From: a virus
Strand: one strand, 5' to 3'
DNA length: 64,000 nt
IMG/VR virus record: IMGVR_UViG_3300050343_000182
Made by a program: the position numbers and the translations under genes. The notes beneath the pieces were generated by a model that was not told where the DNA came from, searched no databases, and saw only the letters and a program-made list of their open reading frames with translations. Below, piece after piece: positions 1 to 11,545 of this stretch (position 1 is the stretch's first letter; each line of letters begins with the position of its first letter).

Positions 1-2
1 CA

Positions 3-200
<198 letters not shown>

Positions 201-220
201 CATATATAATATGCAACTGA

Positions 221-249
221 AGAGACCACCCTGATGGGGGTCTCTTTTT
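221..249 (+). terminator. probable intrinsic terminator after petF
   Basis: AGAGACC...GGTCTCT stem followed by a T run. Confidence 0.7.
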
Positions 250-266
250 GTTTGGAGTTGATTTTA

Positions 267-509
267 ATGAACATGTATGTTAACCTGTGTACTGCATACG
301 CAGAGAAAAGCGAAACACTTACTCTAGACGTGCCACCTGATCAGATGGATACGTTTATGCAGTATGTCCACGTCCTTGCGGAAGAGAAAAACATCTCTGC
401 TCGCCGTGCCTTTCAAGACATGGTGCAAGGCACTTACGAACAACTAATGGAAAAAGATTATGAGCGTAAAAATCGCAAGAATGCAAAGCGGCGAGGACGT
501 AATCGCTGA
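267..509 (+). CDS. hypothetical protein
   Basis: ORF with GGAG upstream of ATG 267; basic C-terminus. Confidence 0.6.
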   Translation: MNMYVNLCTAYAEKSETLTLDVPPDQMDTFMQYVHVLAEEKNISARRAFQDMVQGTYEQLMEKDYERKNRKNAKRRGRNR

Positions 510-852
510 CATTAAAGAAGTCAGGGCGTCCGACGACAGCACTCTGCCTCTCGCGTATCAGTTTAGTCAACCATACTCAGTGGTGATTGAGCAACCAGCA
601 GACAAGATGTTTGATTTCCAAGGGGGAGAGACTGTCCCTGACGAGATGGACCTCTCTGACGTGCAGATCAAACTGTTTCCATGGTCACCACTGACTGTTG
701 GTAACAACATTGTATCTGTAATGTCAGTTGTCAGTCTTGGTGACCCTCACGAAAACGTGACTGAAAGTTACAAGGCTATACTTAAATCTCATAAACCTGC
801 TGGTATGAGTGTTTACTTCGACGAAGAAGATGCATCTGCAAGAGACCTATGA
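460..852 (+). CDS. conserved cyanophage hypothetical protein upstream of gp43
   Basis: ORF 130 aa starting MSVKIARMQSGEDVIAD; ATGA overlap with next gene. Confidence 0.7.
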   Translation: MSVKIARMQSGEDVIADIKEVRASDDSTLPLAYQFSQPYSVVIEQPADKMFDFQGGETVPDEMDLSDVQIKLFPWSPLTVGNNIVSVMSVVSLGDPHENVTESYKAILKSHKPAGMSVYFDEEDASARDL

Positions 853-1094
853 TTAAAGTTTTAATTCTTAAGAACAATCCTGACACTTACCTCATTGGTA
901 AACTGACTGAGATGGATGAAGAACCCAGTCTCCTATTGGAAGACTCTCATGTGATTGATGTAGACACCAGCCTTCATAGGTATCCCCTGCACACTGACCA
1001 ATCATTTCTCTTCTTGACATCTACAGATATTATGTCTATACTGGATCCTGCACCCGCAGTGCTGGCAGCATACCAGAAAGCAGTTAAGGAATGA
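849..1094 (+). CDS. hypothetical protein
   Basis: ORF 81 aa with ATGA overlaps on both sides. Confidence 0.7.
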   Translation: MIKVLILKNNPDTYLIGKLTEMDEEPSLLLEDSHVIDVDTSLHRYPLHTDQSFLFLTSTDIMSILDPAPAVLAAYQKAVKE

Positions 1095-3598
1095 GTGATT
1101 TTTACACAAGTGTCTGTCTACTGGGCGATGACATTCTCATCAGAGGTTACGAGCACGGAGACCCCGTGCAGTATCGAGAGAAGTCTCGCCCTACTTTGTT
1201 TCTAGTGCCTAACGCACAACAGAAGACGAGTAAGTATCGGACACTGGATGGTCGTTATGCTTTCCCTAAGCAGTTTGATGGCGCTCGTGAAGCACGAGAG
1301 TTTATCAAAACGTATGAGGGCGCATCGGGTCTGGAAGTCCATGGATATGAGCGGTATGTTTATCAACATATTGCTCAGAAGTGGCAGGGTGAGATTGATT
1401 ATGACATGTCTAAGATGAAGATCTGGACTATTGACATTGAGGTTGCCTGCGAAAATGGATTCCCAGACGTGCAAGCATCTGCTGAGGAGATGCTTTGTAT
1501 TACGATGAAGAACTTCAATACCAAGGAGACAATCACCTGGGGGACCAGAGAGTTTGTTGCTCCAAAGGATGTTGAATACCGTGTCTTCTGGACAGAGCAA
1601 GAGATGCTACAGGACTTTCACTCATGGTGGAATCAGAATACCCCTGATATCATTACTGGATGGAATAACAACCTGTATGACATCCCTTACATCTGTCGTC
1701 GTATCGAGCGGGTGCTAGGTGAGAAGTGGAAGAAGTCTCTGTCCCCCTGGAATAGGGTCATTGACAGAGAGATCAAGATGATGGGACGCACCAATATAGC
1801 GTATGAAATAACTGGTGTAGCGATCCTCGATTATCTCGATCTCTATAAGAAATTCACTTACACTAACCAGGAATCCTATCGCCTAGACCATATTGCTATG
1901 GTTGAATTGGGTGATAAGAAGTTGGACCACTCTGAGTTTGAAAACTTCAAGGATTTCTACACGTCTGACTGGCAACGCTTCGTGGAATACAACATCCATG
2001 ACGTGAATCTGGTTGACATGCTGGAAGATAAGATGAAGTTAATCGAGTTGGCAGTTACCATGGCGTATGACGCTAAGGTAAACCTTGAGGATGTATATTC
2101 TCAAGTCCGTATGTGGGACACCCTGATCTATAATGATCTTAAAGGTCGTAACATTGTGGTGCCACCTCGCCTAACTACTAAGAAGGATGATAAGTATGCA
2201 GGAGCATATGTCAAAGAACCGATTCCAGGAAGTTATGATTGGGTGGTGTCTTTCGATCTTAACTCTCTGTATCCTCATCTCATTATGCAGTACAACATCT
2301 CCCCCGAGACGCTCATGGATGAGCGACACCCAACGGTTACAGTTGATAAAATACTTAATCAGGAAATAGTATTCGATGGGGATGGTTGTGTGTGTGCTAA
2401 CGGTGCTCAATACCGTAAGGATACACTTGGATTCCTTCCACAAATGATGCAAAGAATCTATGATGAAAGGACCATTTACAAGAAGAGAATGCTTGCCGCT
2501 AAGCAAAATCTCGAAGATGCCACCACACCTGCAGAAACCTTGGCATTACAAAAGGATGTGTCAAAATTCAACAACATCCAAATGGCAAGAAAGATCCAAC
2601 TCAACAGCGCCTATGGTGCCATCGGAAATCAATACTTCCGATACTACTCTCTGGCAAATGCTGAAGCGATTACTCTATCGGGACAGGTAAGTATCCGATG
2701 GATTCAAAACAAAATGAATACTTACCTTAATAAAATCTTGAGGACTACTGATGTTGACTACGTTATTGCTGCTGATACTGATTCCATCTATCTCAATCTG
2801 GGTCCTTTTGTTGACAAGGTATTCCAAGGCAGAGAGAAGAGCGATGAAAGTGTTGTTAGGTTCCTTAACAAGGTGTGTGAAGTGGAATTTGAGAAGTATA
2901 TTGGAAATTCTTATGAAGCGTTGGCGACCTATGTAAACGCCTACGATCAGAAGATGTTTATGAAGCGAGAGAATATCGCTAACCGTGGCATCTGGACAGC
3001 AAAGAAGAGATATATCCTCAATGTATTTGATAGTGAGGGTGTCCGTTACAAGACTCCCAAACTTAAGATCAACGGTATTGAAGCAGTCAAGTCTTCTACC
3101 CCTGCACCCTGTCGCACTGCCATTAAGGATGCTCTGAAGGTCATTATGAATGGCACAGAGGATGAGTTGCAGAAGTTTATCGCTGACTTCCGTGAGAGGT
3201 TTGAGGCGATGCCTGTGGAGGAGATTGCATTCCCCCGTGGATGTAACAACGTGGCAAAGAATTCGTCACCTGCTACCATCTATGGCAAGGGATGCCCCAT
3301 GCATGTGCGAGGAGCACTGCTGTATAACTTCTATATCAAGAAGAGGAAACTGGCACACAAGTATCCCATCATCCAAGAGGGTGAGAAGATTAAGTATGTG
3401 ATGCTGAGGACACCAAACCAGATCAACGAGAACGTGATCTCATTCTTCCAGACTCTCCCAACCGAGTTTGGACTTGACAAAAGCATAGACTATGACCTAC
3501 AGTTTAAGAAGTCGTTTCTTGACCCTTTGACTGTGATCTTAGACACCATTGGTTGGAAACCCGAAAAAATAAACACCCTGGAGGCACTTTGGTCGTGA
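1091..3598 (+). CDS. gp43: family B DNA polymerase (T4 gp43)
   Basis: DIEV exonuclease motif, [23 protein letters not shown]. Confidence 0.98.
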   Translation: MSDFYTSVCLLGDDILIRGYEHGDPVQYREKSRPTLFLVPNAQQKTSKYRTLDGRYAFPKQFDGAREAREFIKTYEGASGLEVHGYERYVYQHIAQKWQGEIDYDMSKMKIWTIDIEVACENGFPDVQASAEEMLCITMKNFNTKETITWGTREFVAPKDVEYRVFWTEQEMLQDFHSWWNQNTPDIITGWNNNLYDIPYICRRIERVLGEKWKKSLSPWNRVIDREIKMMGRTNIAYEITGVAILDYLDLYKKFTYTNQESYRLDHIAMVELGDKKLDHSEFENFKDFYTSDWQRFVEYNIHDVNLVDMLEDKMKLIELAVTMAYDAKVNLEDVYSQVRMWDTLIYNDLKGRNIVVPPRLTTKKDDKYAGAYVKEPIPGSYDWVVSFDLNSLYPHLIMQYNISPETLMDERHPTVTVDKILNQEIVFDGDGCVCANGAQYRKDTLGFLPQMMQRIYDERTIYKKRMLAAKQNLEDATTPAETLALQKDVSKFNNIQMARKIQLNSAYGAIGNQYFRYYSLANAEAITLSGQVSIRWIQNKMNTYLNKILRTTDVDYVIAADTDSIYLNLGPFVDKVFQGREKSDESVVRFLNKVCEVEFEKYIGNSYEALATYVNAYDQKMFMKRENIANRGIWTAKKRYILNVFDSEGVRYKTPKLKINGIEAVKSSTPAPCRTAIKDALKVIMNGTEDELQKFIADFRERFEAMPVEEIAFPRGCNNVAKNSSPATIYGKGCPMHVRGALLYNFYIKKRKLAHKYPIIQEGEKIKYVMLRTPNQINENVISFFQTLPTEFGLDKSIDYDLQFKKSFLDPLTVILDTIGWKPEKINTLEALWS

Positions 3599-4608
3599 AT
3601 TTTCTTTCTGATATCGTAAAGGAGATCGATAATGAATACGCTGGTCTGGTTTCAGACGGAGTTGCAGCAGGTGATACCACCTCTTATATCGATACTGGCA
3701 GTTATATTTTTAATGCACTGGTATCTGGATCGATCTATGGTGGCATCCCGTCCAATAAGATTACAGCTCTGGCAGGCGAGTCTTCAACTGGTAAGACTTT
3801 CTATTGCCTTGGGATTGTCAAGCATTTTCTTGACATGGATCCTGATGCAGGTGTAATCTATTTTGAATCTGAGTCTGCCATCAGTAAGAACATGATCGAG
3901 TCTCGCAAGATTGACTCAAATCGTATGGTCATTGTCCCTGTCACTACAGTGCAGGAGTTTAGGCAGCAGGCAATCAAGATTATTGACAAATACTTAAGTC
4001 TGCCTGAGGAGTCTCGCCAACCTATGATGTTTGTGTTAGACTCATTAGGAATGCTCTCAACCTCTAAGGAGATTGAGGACACCGAAGCGGGTAAAGAAAC
4101 CCGCGATATGTCACGGGCACAGGTAGTTAAGTCTATCTTCCGTGTGCTCACTCTTAAACTGGGTAAAGCAAACGTGCCTATGATCGTTACTAACCACACT
4201 TATGATGTTATTGGATCTTATGTCCCTACAAAGGAAATGGGTGGAGGCAGTGGACTCAAGTATGCTGCATCTACAATCATCTATCTCTCAAAGAAAAAAG
4301 AGAAGGATGGCAAAGAAGTTATTGGAAACATTATCAAGGCAAAGACTGCTAAGTCGCGTCTGAGTAAGGAGAACACTGTCGTTGAAACACGTCTTTACTA
4401 TGACGAGCGTGGACTTGACCGCTATTTCGGACTACTGGAATTGGGTGAGAAGTATGGAGTCTTCCAACGGGTCGGTAATCGTATCAAGTTTGGTGAGACT
4501 TCTGTTTATCCTAAGTCTATTCTCTCTGATCCCGAAAAATACTTCACCCCCGAAGTGATGGTTAAACTTGACAAAGCAGCAGAGCAGGAGTTCTCTTATG
4601 GATCATAA
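3595..4608 (+). CDS. uvsX: UvsX RecA-like recombinase
   Basis: Walker [27 protein letters not shown]; GTG 3595 preceded by GGAGG. Confidence 0.96.
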   Translation: MNFLSDIVKEIDNEYAGLVSDGVAAGDTTSYIDTGSYIFNALVSGSIYGGIPSNKITALAGESSTGKTFYCLGIVKHFLDMDPDAGVIYFESESAISKNMIESRKIDSNRMVIVPVTTVQEFRQQAIKIIDKYLSLPEESRQPMMFVLDSLGMLSTSKEIEDTEAGKETRDMSRAQVVKSIFRVLTLKLGKANVPMIVTNHTYDVIGSYVPTKEMGGGSGLKYAASTIIYLSKKKEKDGKEVIGNIIKAKTAKSRLSKENTVVETRLYYDERGLDRYFGLLELGEKYGVFQRVGNRIKFGETSVYPKSILSDPEKYFTPEVMVKLDKAAEQEFSYGS

Positions 4609-5158
4609 GGAATGGATTAAGATCTATCCCAAAGCACTTGATCCAAATGTATGTCGTAATGCTCTCCTTAAGGCAGACAATACTGACAAGATGATGCGGT
4701 GGGATGATGGTGTCCCACAATATAACATCATCAACATTTCTTTCCTGGCAGACGAGGGTGATCATGAGTGGAATGCAATCCAACAACAGATTGTACCCAT
4801 CATTCAGTGGTCTGCACATGAATACATGAAGCAGATGGACTGCGAGAAATTCTGGGCAACCAAGAATAATCTTGAGCAGATCAAATTGAATAAATACAAT
4901 GTCGAGACTGGGGATAACTTCGGTCTACATATCGATGTTGGTGATGCCGACTCTGCTAAGAGATTCCTAGCATACAAATTCTTCCTTAACGATGTTGAGG
5001 AGGGAGGCGAAATGGAATTCCCGCAAGTGGGTCTCAAGATTAAACCACAGCAAGGTGATGTGGTATTATATCCACCTGGGTGGACGTTTCCTTACTCGGA
5101 CAACGCTCCTATCAGTAATGACAAGTATGAATTGACCACCTATCTACATTATCAATGA
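4598..5158 (+). CDS. 2OG-Fe(II) oxygenase-like protein (distal His replaced by Tyr)
   Basis: HID motif, [24 protein letters not shown]. Confidence 0.85.
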   Translation: MDHKEWIKIYPKALDPNVCRNALLKADNTDKMMRWDDGVPQYNIINISFLADEGDHEWNAIQQQIVPIIQWSAHEYMKQMDCEKFWATKNNLEQIKLNKYNVETGDNFGLHIDVGDADSAKRFLAYKFFLNDVEEGGEMEFPQVGLKIKPQQGDVVLYPPGWTFPYSDNAPISNDKYELTTYLHYQ

Positions 5159-6531
5159 GCCTAAAGATCGAAGAGATTGCACTCAGTAAACTTATCCTTG
5201 AGGAAGATTACTGTCGAAAGGTTTTGCCTTTCCTTAAGGATGAATACTTCGATATGTTTACTAACCGTCTGTTGTTTCAGACGATTCAGGAATACATCGG
5301 TGAGTACGATATCAATCCAGAGCCTAACGCTCTGAAGATTGAGATTGAGCAGCGACGTGACATCACGGAGGACACTTACAAGGAGATTGAAACCTTCCTT
5401 GATAACCTAGACCGTGACACATACAACGATGAATGGTTGATGGAGACCACTGAGAAGTGGTGTAAAGAACGTGCAGTCTATCTTGCTCTCATGGAGTCAG
5501 TTAAGATTGCAGATGGACAAGATAAGACAAGGACAAAGGACGCTATCCCCAGCATTATGTCTGAGGCATTGGGCGTCTGTTTTGATGATCATGTAGGTCA
5601 CGATTACATCTCTGATGCATCAGACCGTTACGACTTTTACCACAGGAAAGAGGAGAAGATTCCCTTTGACATCGACTATTTTAACAAAATCACAAAAGGT
5701 GGTCTGCCTAATAAGACTCTCAACATCGCACTTGCTGGCACAGGTGTCGGGAAGTCTCTATTCATGTGCCACTGCGCTAGTGCCAGTCTCCTGCAGGGGA
5801 GGAACGTACTCTACATTACACTTGAAATGGCAGAGGAGAAGATTGCTGAGCGAATTGACGCCAACCTTCTGGACATCCCGATCCAACAACTGAGTGATCC
5901 GATGTTTACTAAAGAGAGATACATCAAGAAGGTGGACTCTCTTAAGAAGAAGACACAAGGTCGCTTAGTTATTAAAGAGTATCCCACAGCGTCTGCACAT
6001 GTGGGACACTTTGAAGCACTCTTGAATGAGTTGTCACTCAAGAAAGGTTTCCATCCTGACATTGTATTTGTTGACTACCTTAATATCTGTGCGTCCTCAC
6101 GATACAAAGGGACTGCAGTCAATTCCTATACATATGTTAAGTCCATCGCAGAGGAATTGAGAGGACTCGCTGGCAAGTTGAATGTCCCTATTGTCTCTGC
6201 TACTCAAACTACCCGAAGTGGATATGGAAATTCTGATGTGGATATTACCGATACTAGCGAGTCTTTTGGACTGCCTGCTACTGCTGATCTTATGGTCGCG
6301 CTTATATCCACAGAGGAGATGGAGCAGCTGGGTCAGATCATGGTCAAGCAACTCAAAAATAGATACAACGACCCCACCCTATTCAAACGATTTGTTGTAG
6401 GGATTGACAGGGCGAAGATGAGGCTGTATGATTGTGACCAGTCCGCCCAGGACAACATCATTGATGCTGGTGACATCAGTGAGGATGCATTCACCGATAC
6501 TAAAAAAAGTTTTGACGGATTCAAAGTATGA
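5155..6531 (+). CDS. gp41: replicative helicase (T4 gp41)
   Basis: AGTGVGKS, YITLEM, VDYL, SATQTTR, KQLKNRY. Confidence 0.97.
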   Translation: MSLKIEEIALSKLILEEDYCRKVLPFLKDEYFDMFTNRLLFQTIQEYIGEYDINPEPNALKIEIEQRRDITEDTYKEIETFLDNLDRDTYNDEWLMETTEKWCKERAVYLALMESVKIADGQDKTRTKDAIPSIMSEALGVCFDDHVGHDYISDASDRYDFYHRKEEKIPFDIDYFNKITKGGLPNKTLNIALAGTGVGKSLFMCHCASASLLQGRNVLYITLEMAEEKIAERIDANLLDIPIQQLSDPMFTKERYIKKVDSLKKKTQGRLVIKEYPTASAHVGHFEALLNELSLKKGFHPDIVFVDYLNICASSRYKGTAVNSYTYVKSIAEELRGLAGKLNVPIVSATQTTRSGYGNSDVDITDTSESFGLPATADLMVALISTEEMEQLGQIMVKQLKNRYNDPTLFKRFVVGIDRAKMRLYDCDQSAQDNIIDAGDISEDAFTDTKKSFDGFKV

Positions 6532-7184
6532 CTGACCCCAACAAGTTTACCCAACAAGGTGAGCCTAATTATGAATTAGAGCAACAGACAGAGAAAATCT
6601 CTGGTGATGCTCAAGAGAAGGTTGAAGAGGAGCGTGTTCGTGCTCAAGAGGTCGCAGACTCTACTCCCAAGACTCCTGAGGAGATGCTCAACAACCCTGA
6701 TGTTGTGGCACCCAAGACCAAGAAGAAAGCAGCAGAGAAGAAAGCTGCTGCCGCTGCAGGAAAGGGTGGGAGTGAGAAGTTTGAAGTGGATCTTGATCGC
6801 TATTGCAGTTTTGTAGATCGTGTTACTTCTCCTGCTAGTAAGGACTACCTGTCTTACATGGAGCGTCTGACTGAGTTGCACAAAGCAGGTTGTAACATCG
6901 AGCGTCTTGACACTGCTGCAGCAGGTATCTGTGCAGAGGGTGGAGAGTTTGCAGAGATCGTTAAGAAGATCAAATTCCAAGGCAAACCTTGGGACACTGC
7001 TAACAAAGAGCACCTGCAGAAAGAGTTGGGTGATATCATGTGGTATGTTGCCAATGCTGCTATTGCACTGGACATGCGACTCGATGAAATCATCTACATC
7101 AACACACTGAAACTGGCAGCACGTTACCCTGAGGGTATGTTTGATGTCAACTACAGTGAGAATCGTGCTCCAGGAGATATCTAA
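6528..7184 (+). CDS. mazG: MazG nucleotide pyrophosphohydrolase with long N-terminal extension
   Basis: AEGGEFAEIVKK...KELGDIMWY...KLAARYP. Confidence 0.93.
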   Translation: MTDPNKFTQQGEPNYELEQQTEKISGDAQEKVEEERVRAQEVADSTPKTPEEMLNNPDVVAPKTKKKAAEKKAAAAAGKGGSEKFEVDLDRYCSFVDRVTSPASKDYLSYMERLTELHKAGCNIERLDTAAAGICAEGGEFAEIVKKIKFQGKPWDTANKEHLQKELGDIMWYVANAAIALDMRLDEIIYINTLKLAARYPEGMFDVNYSENRAPGDI

Positions 7185-7450
7185 TGCAGTTTAGTCAAGA
7201 TGATCTTTGGAATCAGATTGCATCCCTTGGTTGGGATGTAAGGCATGATAACATTCACATCGAGATTGGTGGCACACAGGTATCTGGTATCGAGCAACCT
7301 GAAGGATACAATAAAAAGTGGGCAGCCCAAAAGGGTGACCGCAAGTATAATAAGGATGCATTCATTGTTATCAAGAACCTATCACGCAACGACGACACCA
7401 AGTCTCAACCTATGGACAGGGAGCACAAACCTCATCATCTAAATAGTTAG
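7184..7450 (+). CDS. hypothetical protein
   Basis: ORF 88 aa, TAATG overlap with mazG. Confidence 0.7.
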   Translation: MQFSQDDLWNQIASLGWDVRHDNIHIEIGGTQVSGIEQPEGYNKKWAAQKGDRKYNKDAFIVIKNLSRNDDTKSQPMDREHKPHHLNS

Positions 7451-7467
7451 ATCGAGTCCTAGGTCAG

Positions 7468-8292
7468 ATGGCAAACAAGGGTTTACAATTTGAGCACGCT
7501 GTAATGTATTCTGCTATGAGCAGAGTCACCAGTAAGTCATCACAAAATAAAAAAGATTTTGATGATGCTGCTGGACGCTATGAAGCCATTCCTAATGACA
7601 TCAAGCAAGCAGCAGATCGAGTTGTGCAAAACTATGCTCCATCTGGTCTCGGTGCAAGACAAGAATACTATTCTTCATTCGAGAAGATGTCTGGTGGTGG
7701 AGAAGAACCTAAGACTGATATTAAGTTTAAGTCTGGTAGCACAGTATATAAGTGCTCAATGAAATGGGGAGACTCTTTTCAACTCTCATCAGCGGGGGTT
7801 GATAAGAGTCTTCTTGTTTTACAAAATGTTTTGAAAAAGACTGCAAAGGAAATGGGTGGTAGCACTGATGCTGAGACCCTAGGTTATCTACAATTAGTCC
7901 TGGAGCAGATCGGTAACAAGTGTGAGAATGCAAAAGGCACCATCGCACAACCACAGGCCAAAGCAATCCTCTCTGATATCAAGAAGTCGGGTGGGTTGAA
8001 TGAGCAACTGCAAGAGATCTTAGGATCAAAGCAGAAACCTAATGGTGCAGAAGCATATGATAGATTCAAATATAACTTGACGCACGAGTGTATGACTGGT
8101 GCCCTCCTGTTTAACGGTGATGACAGGGCAGCATCTCATATCCTGACAGAGGACGGGATCAAACCCATAGATGAGAAGGCAGTCCGTGACGTGATGAAGG
8201 TGGCAGGAGTCAGGGTATCCCTCAAGGGCAGGGGCACGGACAAAGTTACAGGTGTCCGTCAGAACGCCATTGTGATCCGATACGAGGTATAA
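7468..8292 (+). CDS. hypothetical protein, possible PD-(D/E)xK nuclease fold
   Basis: EPKTDI...CSMK spacing resembles restriction-endonuclease-like active site. Confidence 0.55.
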   Translation: MANKGLQFEHAVMYSAMSRVTSKSSQNKKDFDDAAGRYEAIPNDIKQAADRVVQNYAPSGLGARQEYYSSFEKMSGGGEEPKTDIKFKSGSTVYKCSMKWGDSFQLSSAGVDKSLLVLQNVLKKTAKEMGGSTDAETLGYLQLVLEQIGNKCENAKGTIAQPQAKAILSDIKKSGGLNEQLQEILGSKQKPNGAEAYDRFKYNLTHECMTGALLFNGDDRAASHILTEDGIKPIDEKAVRDVMKVAGVRVSLKGRGTDKVTGVRQNAIVIRYEV

Positions 8293-8299
8293 TACAGGT

Positions 8300-9484
8300 A
8301 TGGCAAACACACACTTAGAGCACCTAGAGGACGACATCCTCAATGGAGGATCCAAGGGAGGTCACAACGCTATCGCATTCTTGCGCTCGCTAGGCGACAT
8401 GCTTGGCAAACCTCAGTCCAACATGAGGGTCACTACTAAGTGGGACGGTGCTCCCGCTGTCATCTGTGGCATTCATCCTGGCACTGGTAACTTCTTCGTG
8501 GGCACCAAGGGTGTCTTTGCTAAGATGCCTAAGATCTGTGTGACTCATGAGGATGTTGACACATGGTATAGCGGTGCCTTAGCAGAGAAACTTAAAGATT
8601 GTCTTAACGAGTTACCTAAGTTAGGTATCAAAGGTGTGCTACAGGGTGATCTCCTCTTCACTAACGATACGATTGTTAAAAATATTAATGGTGAGAAGTC
8701 CTTGGTCTTCCAACCCAACACCATCACCTATGCAGTACCTGCCGATACAGATATGGCAAAGAAATTGCAAGCAGCGAAGGTGGGCATTGTATTCCACACC
8801 TCATATAGTGGTGGTCCTACCCTCCGTGACATGAAGGCATCCTTTGGTGTTAATGTTAATGGTATGCAGGGTGTGAAGAGTGTCGCTGTATTCTCTTCCA
8901 ACTTCTCAGACGATAAAGGTAAGTCTTACTTCACTAATGCTGAGCGTATTCGTTACAATGCTGCTGTCAAGAAGGCAGAAGGATCTCTCAAGCAGGCATC
9001 TAAGTTCTTAGATATTCTGCAGACGAGTGGTGAAGGTAAGTTTATGCTTGCTCCTATGTTTAAGATTTATTTCAACACATATATTCGACAAGGTAAGACA
9101 TTCCCCAGTGCTGCACAAGTATCCAAGGGATTTGAAGACTTCTATACTGCTGCACTTGATAAGGAGATCTCCCTCAAGAAGCAGGAGACAACCAAGAAGA
9201 AGTATCTTACAATGAAAGAGAATGGTCTGAAGTTTATCAAAATGAATAGCACTGCTATCTACATGACTGTCGCTTCCTACATGAATCTCACTGCTGCTAA
9301 GACTTTGGTCATCAGACAACTAGAGAAAGTCCAAGGCATCGGCACCTATATCAAGACTGATAAAGGTTACAAAGTTACTGCACCAGAAGGATTCGTTGCT
9401 ATCAAGTCGGGCAATGCACTCAAATTGGTGGACCGCTTGGAGTTTTCCAGAGCGAATTTCACCGTCGAGAAGAACTGGGGTTGA
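8300..9484 (+). CDS. ATP-dependent ligase / covalent nucleotidyltransferase superfamily protein (DUF6267-like)
   Basis: KWDG (motif I), LQGDLLF (III), GIVFH (IIIa), PEGFV (IV), KLV (V). Confidence 0.7.
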   Translation: MANTHLEHLEDDILNGGSKGGHNAIAFLRSLGDMLGKPQSNMRVTTKWDGAPAVICGIHPGTGNFFVGTKGVFAKMPKICVTHEDVDTWYSGALAEKLKDCLNELPKLGIKGVLQGDLLFTNDTIVKNINGEKSLVFQPNTITYAVPADTDMAKKLQAAKVGIVFHTSYSGGPTLRDMKASFGVNVNGMQGVKSVAVFSSNFSDDKGKSYFTNAERIRYNAAVKKAEGSLKQASKFLDILQTSGEGKFMLAPMFKIYFNTYIRQGKTFPSAAQVSKGFEDFYTAALDKEISLKKQETTKKKYLTMKENGLKFIKMNSTAIYMTVASYMNLTAAKTLVIRQLEKVQGIGTYIKTDKGYKVTAPEGFVAIKSGNALKLVDRLEFSRANFTVEKNWG

Positions 9485-9496
9485 TAAATAAAGTAT

Positions 9497-10636
9497 ATGG
9501 CTGAGTTTTTTAGTAAACCAATGCGATTTATTACATTCATAAGAGAAGCAGCGGCTGCAGCAAAACCTGCTGCTAAGAAACCTTCCACATCTAGTAAGGG
9601 TAAGTCTCCTGCTGCTCAAGCAAAGATAGATGATAAGCATGTTGCTATCACCTTTGGTAGATTCAATCCACCTCATGCTGGTCATGGTAAACTCCTTGAT
9701 GCAGTCAAGGACCATGGTGGTGACTCAGGTAACTATCGTATCTACCCATCTAGATCGCAAGATCATAAGAAGAATCCACTGACTGCACATCAGAAGGTGG
9801 ATCACATGCGTAAGATGTTTAAGGGGCACAAGGATGCTATCCAGAACAATGAAGCGCACAGAAATATTTTTGATATCCTTCGTGACCTTCATGATGAAGG
9901 GCATGAGCATGTAACTATGGTTGTCGGAGACGACCGTGTGAAAGAGTTTGAAACTCTTGCTAACAAATATAATGGTAAGCACTATGACTTCAAGTCTATT
10001 AACATTAAGTCTGCAGGGGCTCGTGCTACTGACTCTGATGATCCTATCGAGAATCTGTCTGCATCAGCAATGCGTAAACACGCCCAAGGGGGTGACCATG
10101 AATCATTCCACGCTGGGACTGGTGGATACAAGGACTCTAAGAAACTGATGGGTGATGTCCTCACTGGGATGACACCTCCACCTAAAGCGAAGAAGGGTAA
10201 GAAGGGTGAGTCTGTCCACGAATCTGTGTGGTCATACGCTCCTAAACTTGACTTCGATGCCTTCCGTGACTACTATATGCTCAACCAAATCTTTAAGGTG
10301 GGTGCAATCGTAGAGCATGACGACAGTGGTATCCGTGGTAGGGTTGCACATCGTGGCACTAACTACGTTATCATTCGTGATAGTTGGGGTGGCGAGCACC
10401 GTTGCTGGTTGCAGCACATCAGTGAAGTTGCACAACTAGGACCATCAGATCTTAGTCACAAGCAAGAGGTTGCTGCTGATACTACTAAGGATCAAAGCAA
10501 CTATAGTGCCGATGATGGCAGTGGTAACACCTGGAAAGCAGGGACTGATCGCTACCGTGAAGCACTTCAGAACATGACCCCTGGTCAAAAGACAGTTAAA
10601 TTCACAGATTTCAGAAAATCTGCTGAAACTAAATAG
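9497..10636 (+). CDS. HIGH-type cytidylyl/nucleotidyltransferase (NMNAT-like) with C-terminal extension
   Basis: TFGRFNPPHAGH, VVGDDR, SASAMR. Confidence 0.88.
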   Translation: MAEFFSKPMRFITFIREAAAAAKPAAKKPSTSSKGKSPAAQAKIDDKHVAITFGRFNPPHAGHGKLLDAVKDHGGDSGNYRIYPSRSQDHKKNPLTAHQKVDHMRKMFKGHKDAIQNNEAHRNIFDILRDLHDEGHEHVTMVVGDDRVKEFETLANKYNGKHYDFKSINIKSAGARATDSDDPIENLSASAMRKHAQGGDHESFHAGTGGYKDSKKLMGDVLTGMTPPPKAKKGKKGESVHESVWSYAPKLDFDAFRDYYMLNQIFKVGAIVEHDDSGIRGRVAHRGTNYVIIRDSWGGEHRCWLQHISEVAQLGPSDLSHKQEVAADTTKDQSNYSADDGSGNTWKAGTDRYREALQNMTPGQKTVKFTDFRKSAETK

Positions 10637-10666
10637 TATTAGCGAAATTCATTTCGGTTTAGAAAC

Positions 10667-11545
10667 ATGACGTTAGAAATGCTGGTGTCTGCCGCACTCA
10701 TGGATTACAATCCCACTGAGCAGACATACATCCTCAAAGCAATCGAAGAAGATACTCTTCCAAAATCACAGAGACTCCACACAGGTGTCATGAAAGTGAT
10801 GGAAGCATTCGATGCTTACGAGCCTACAGTAGAAGGCTATGCAGGATTCAAAATTGATCGTAACTCCGTCTCAAAGAAGAAGGCAGAGTATAAAGATGAT
10901 CGAAATGTAGGTCGTGTTGTCAGATCTGGTAGTGGTGACTCTATGCTCATCACTGGTAAGAAGGCAGACGGTCGTTACATTGTTGTCGGTAAGAAAGGAG
11001 AGAAGTCAGCGAGAGATGCTGCTGACCTCGGCGTGACCGCCAAAGAAGAAGTGGTCGGCATTGATATCGATGACCTCCATCAAGAAATGCTTGAAGGTCT
11101 CAAGCAAGCACGCAAGAATGTGGGTGCTAGCAAGTGCTGGGACGGATACAAAGCAAGTGGCACTAAGAAGAAGGGTGGCAAAGATGTCCCCAACTGTGTC
11201 AAAGAAGAAGAGTTAGACGAACTCTACAAAGGTAAGCACGGACAGTCCGAGAAAGAGTATCAAGACGGTCGCTCACAAGGTGGCAAGATGGTCTCTGGCG
11301 ATTCTAAAGGGAGTGGTGCAAAATACTCTCACGGCAGAAGAGTTGACGACGGTGGCGCTGGTCCACAACCTGCTGGTGGTTCTAAGAAACCAAAGGCACA
11401 AGGTAGGATGGACAAAGGTGGTCGTGCCGAATTAGTAATGCGTAAAGCAAACCTCAAAGCAAAGAATGAGGACTTTATAAATAAACTATCGGACTCAGGA
11501 TTATTTACTGAGGCTGAATTACAAAAGATGGGTGAGATTGAATGA
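10667..11545 (+). CDS. hypothetical K/G-rich protein, candidate head-internal protein
   Basis: CWDGYK...VPNCVKEE motif; follows CTAAATA late-promoter-like site. Confidence 0.6.
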   Translation: MTLEMLVSAALMDYNPTEQTYILKAIEEDTLPKSQRLHTGVMKVMEAFDAYEPTVEGYAGFKIDRNSVSKKKAEYKDDRNVGRVVRSGSGDSMLITGKKADGRYIVVGKKGEKSARDAADLGVTAKEEVVGIDIDDLHQEMLEGLKQARKNVGASKCWDGYKASGTKKKGGKDVPNCVKEEELDELYKGKHGQSEKEYQDGRSQGGKMVSGDSKGSGAKYSHGRRVDDGGAGPQPAGGSKKPKAQGRMDKGGRAELVMRKANLKAKNEDFINKLSDSGLFTEAELQKMGEIE

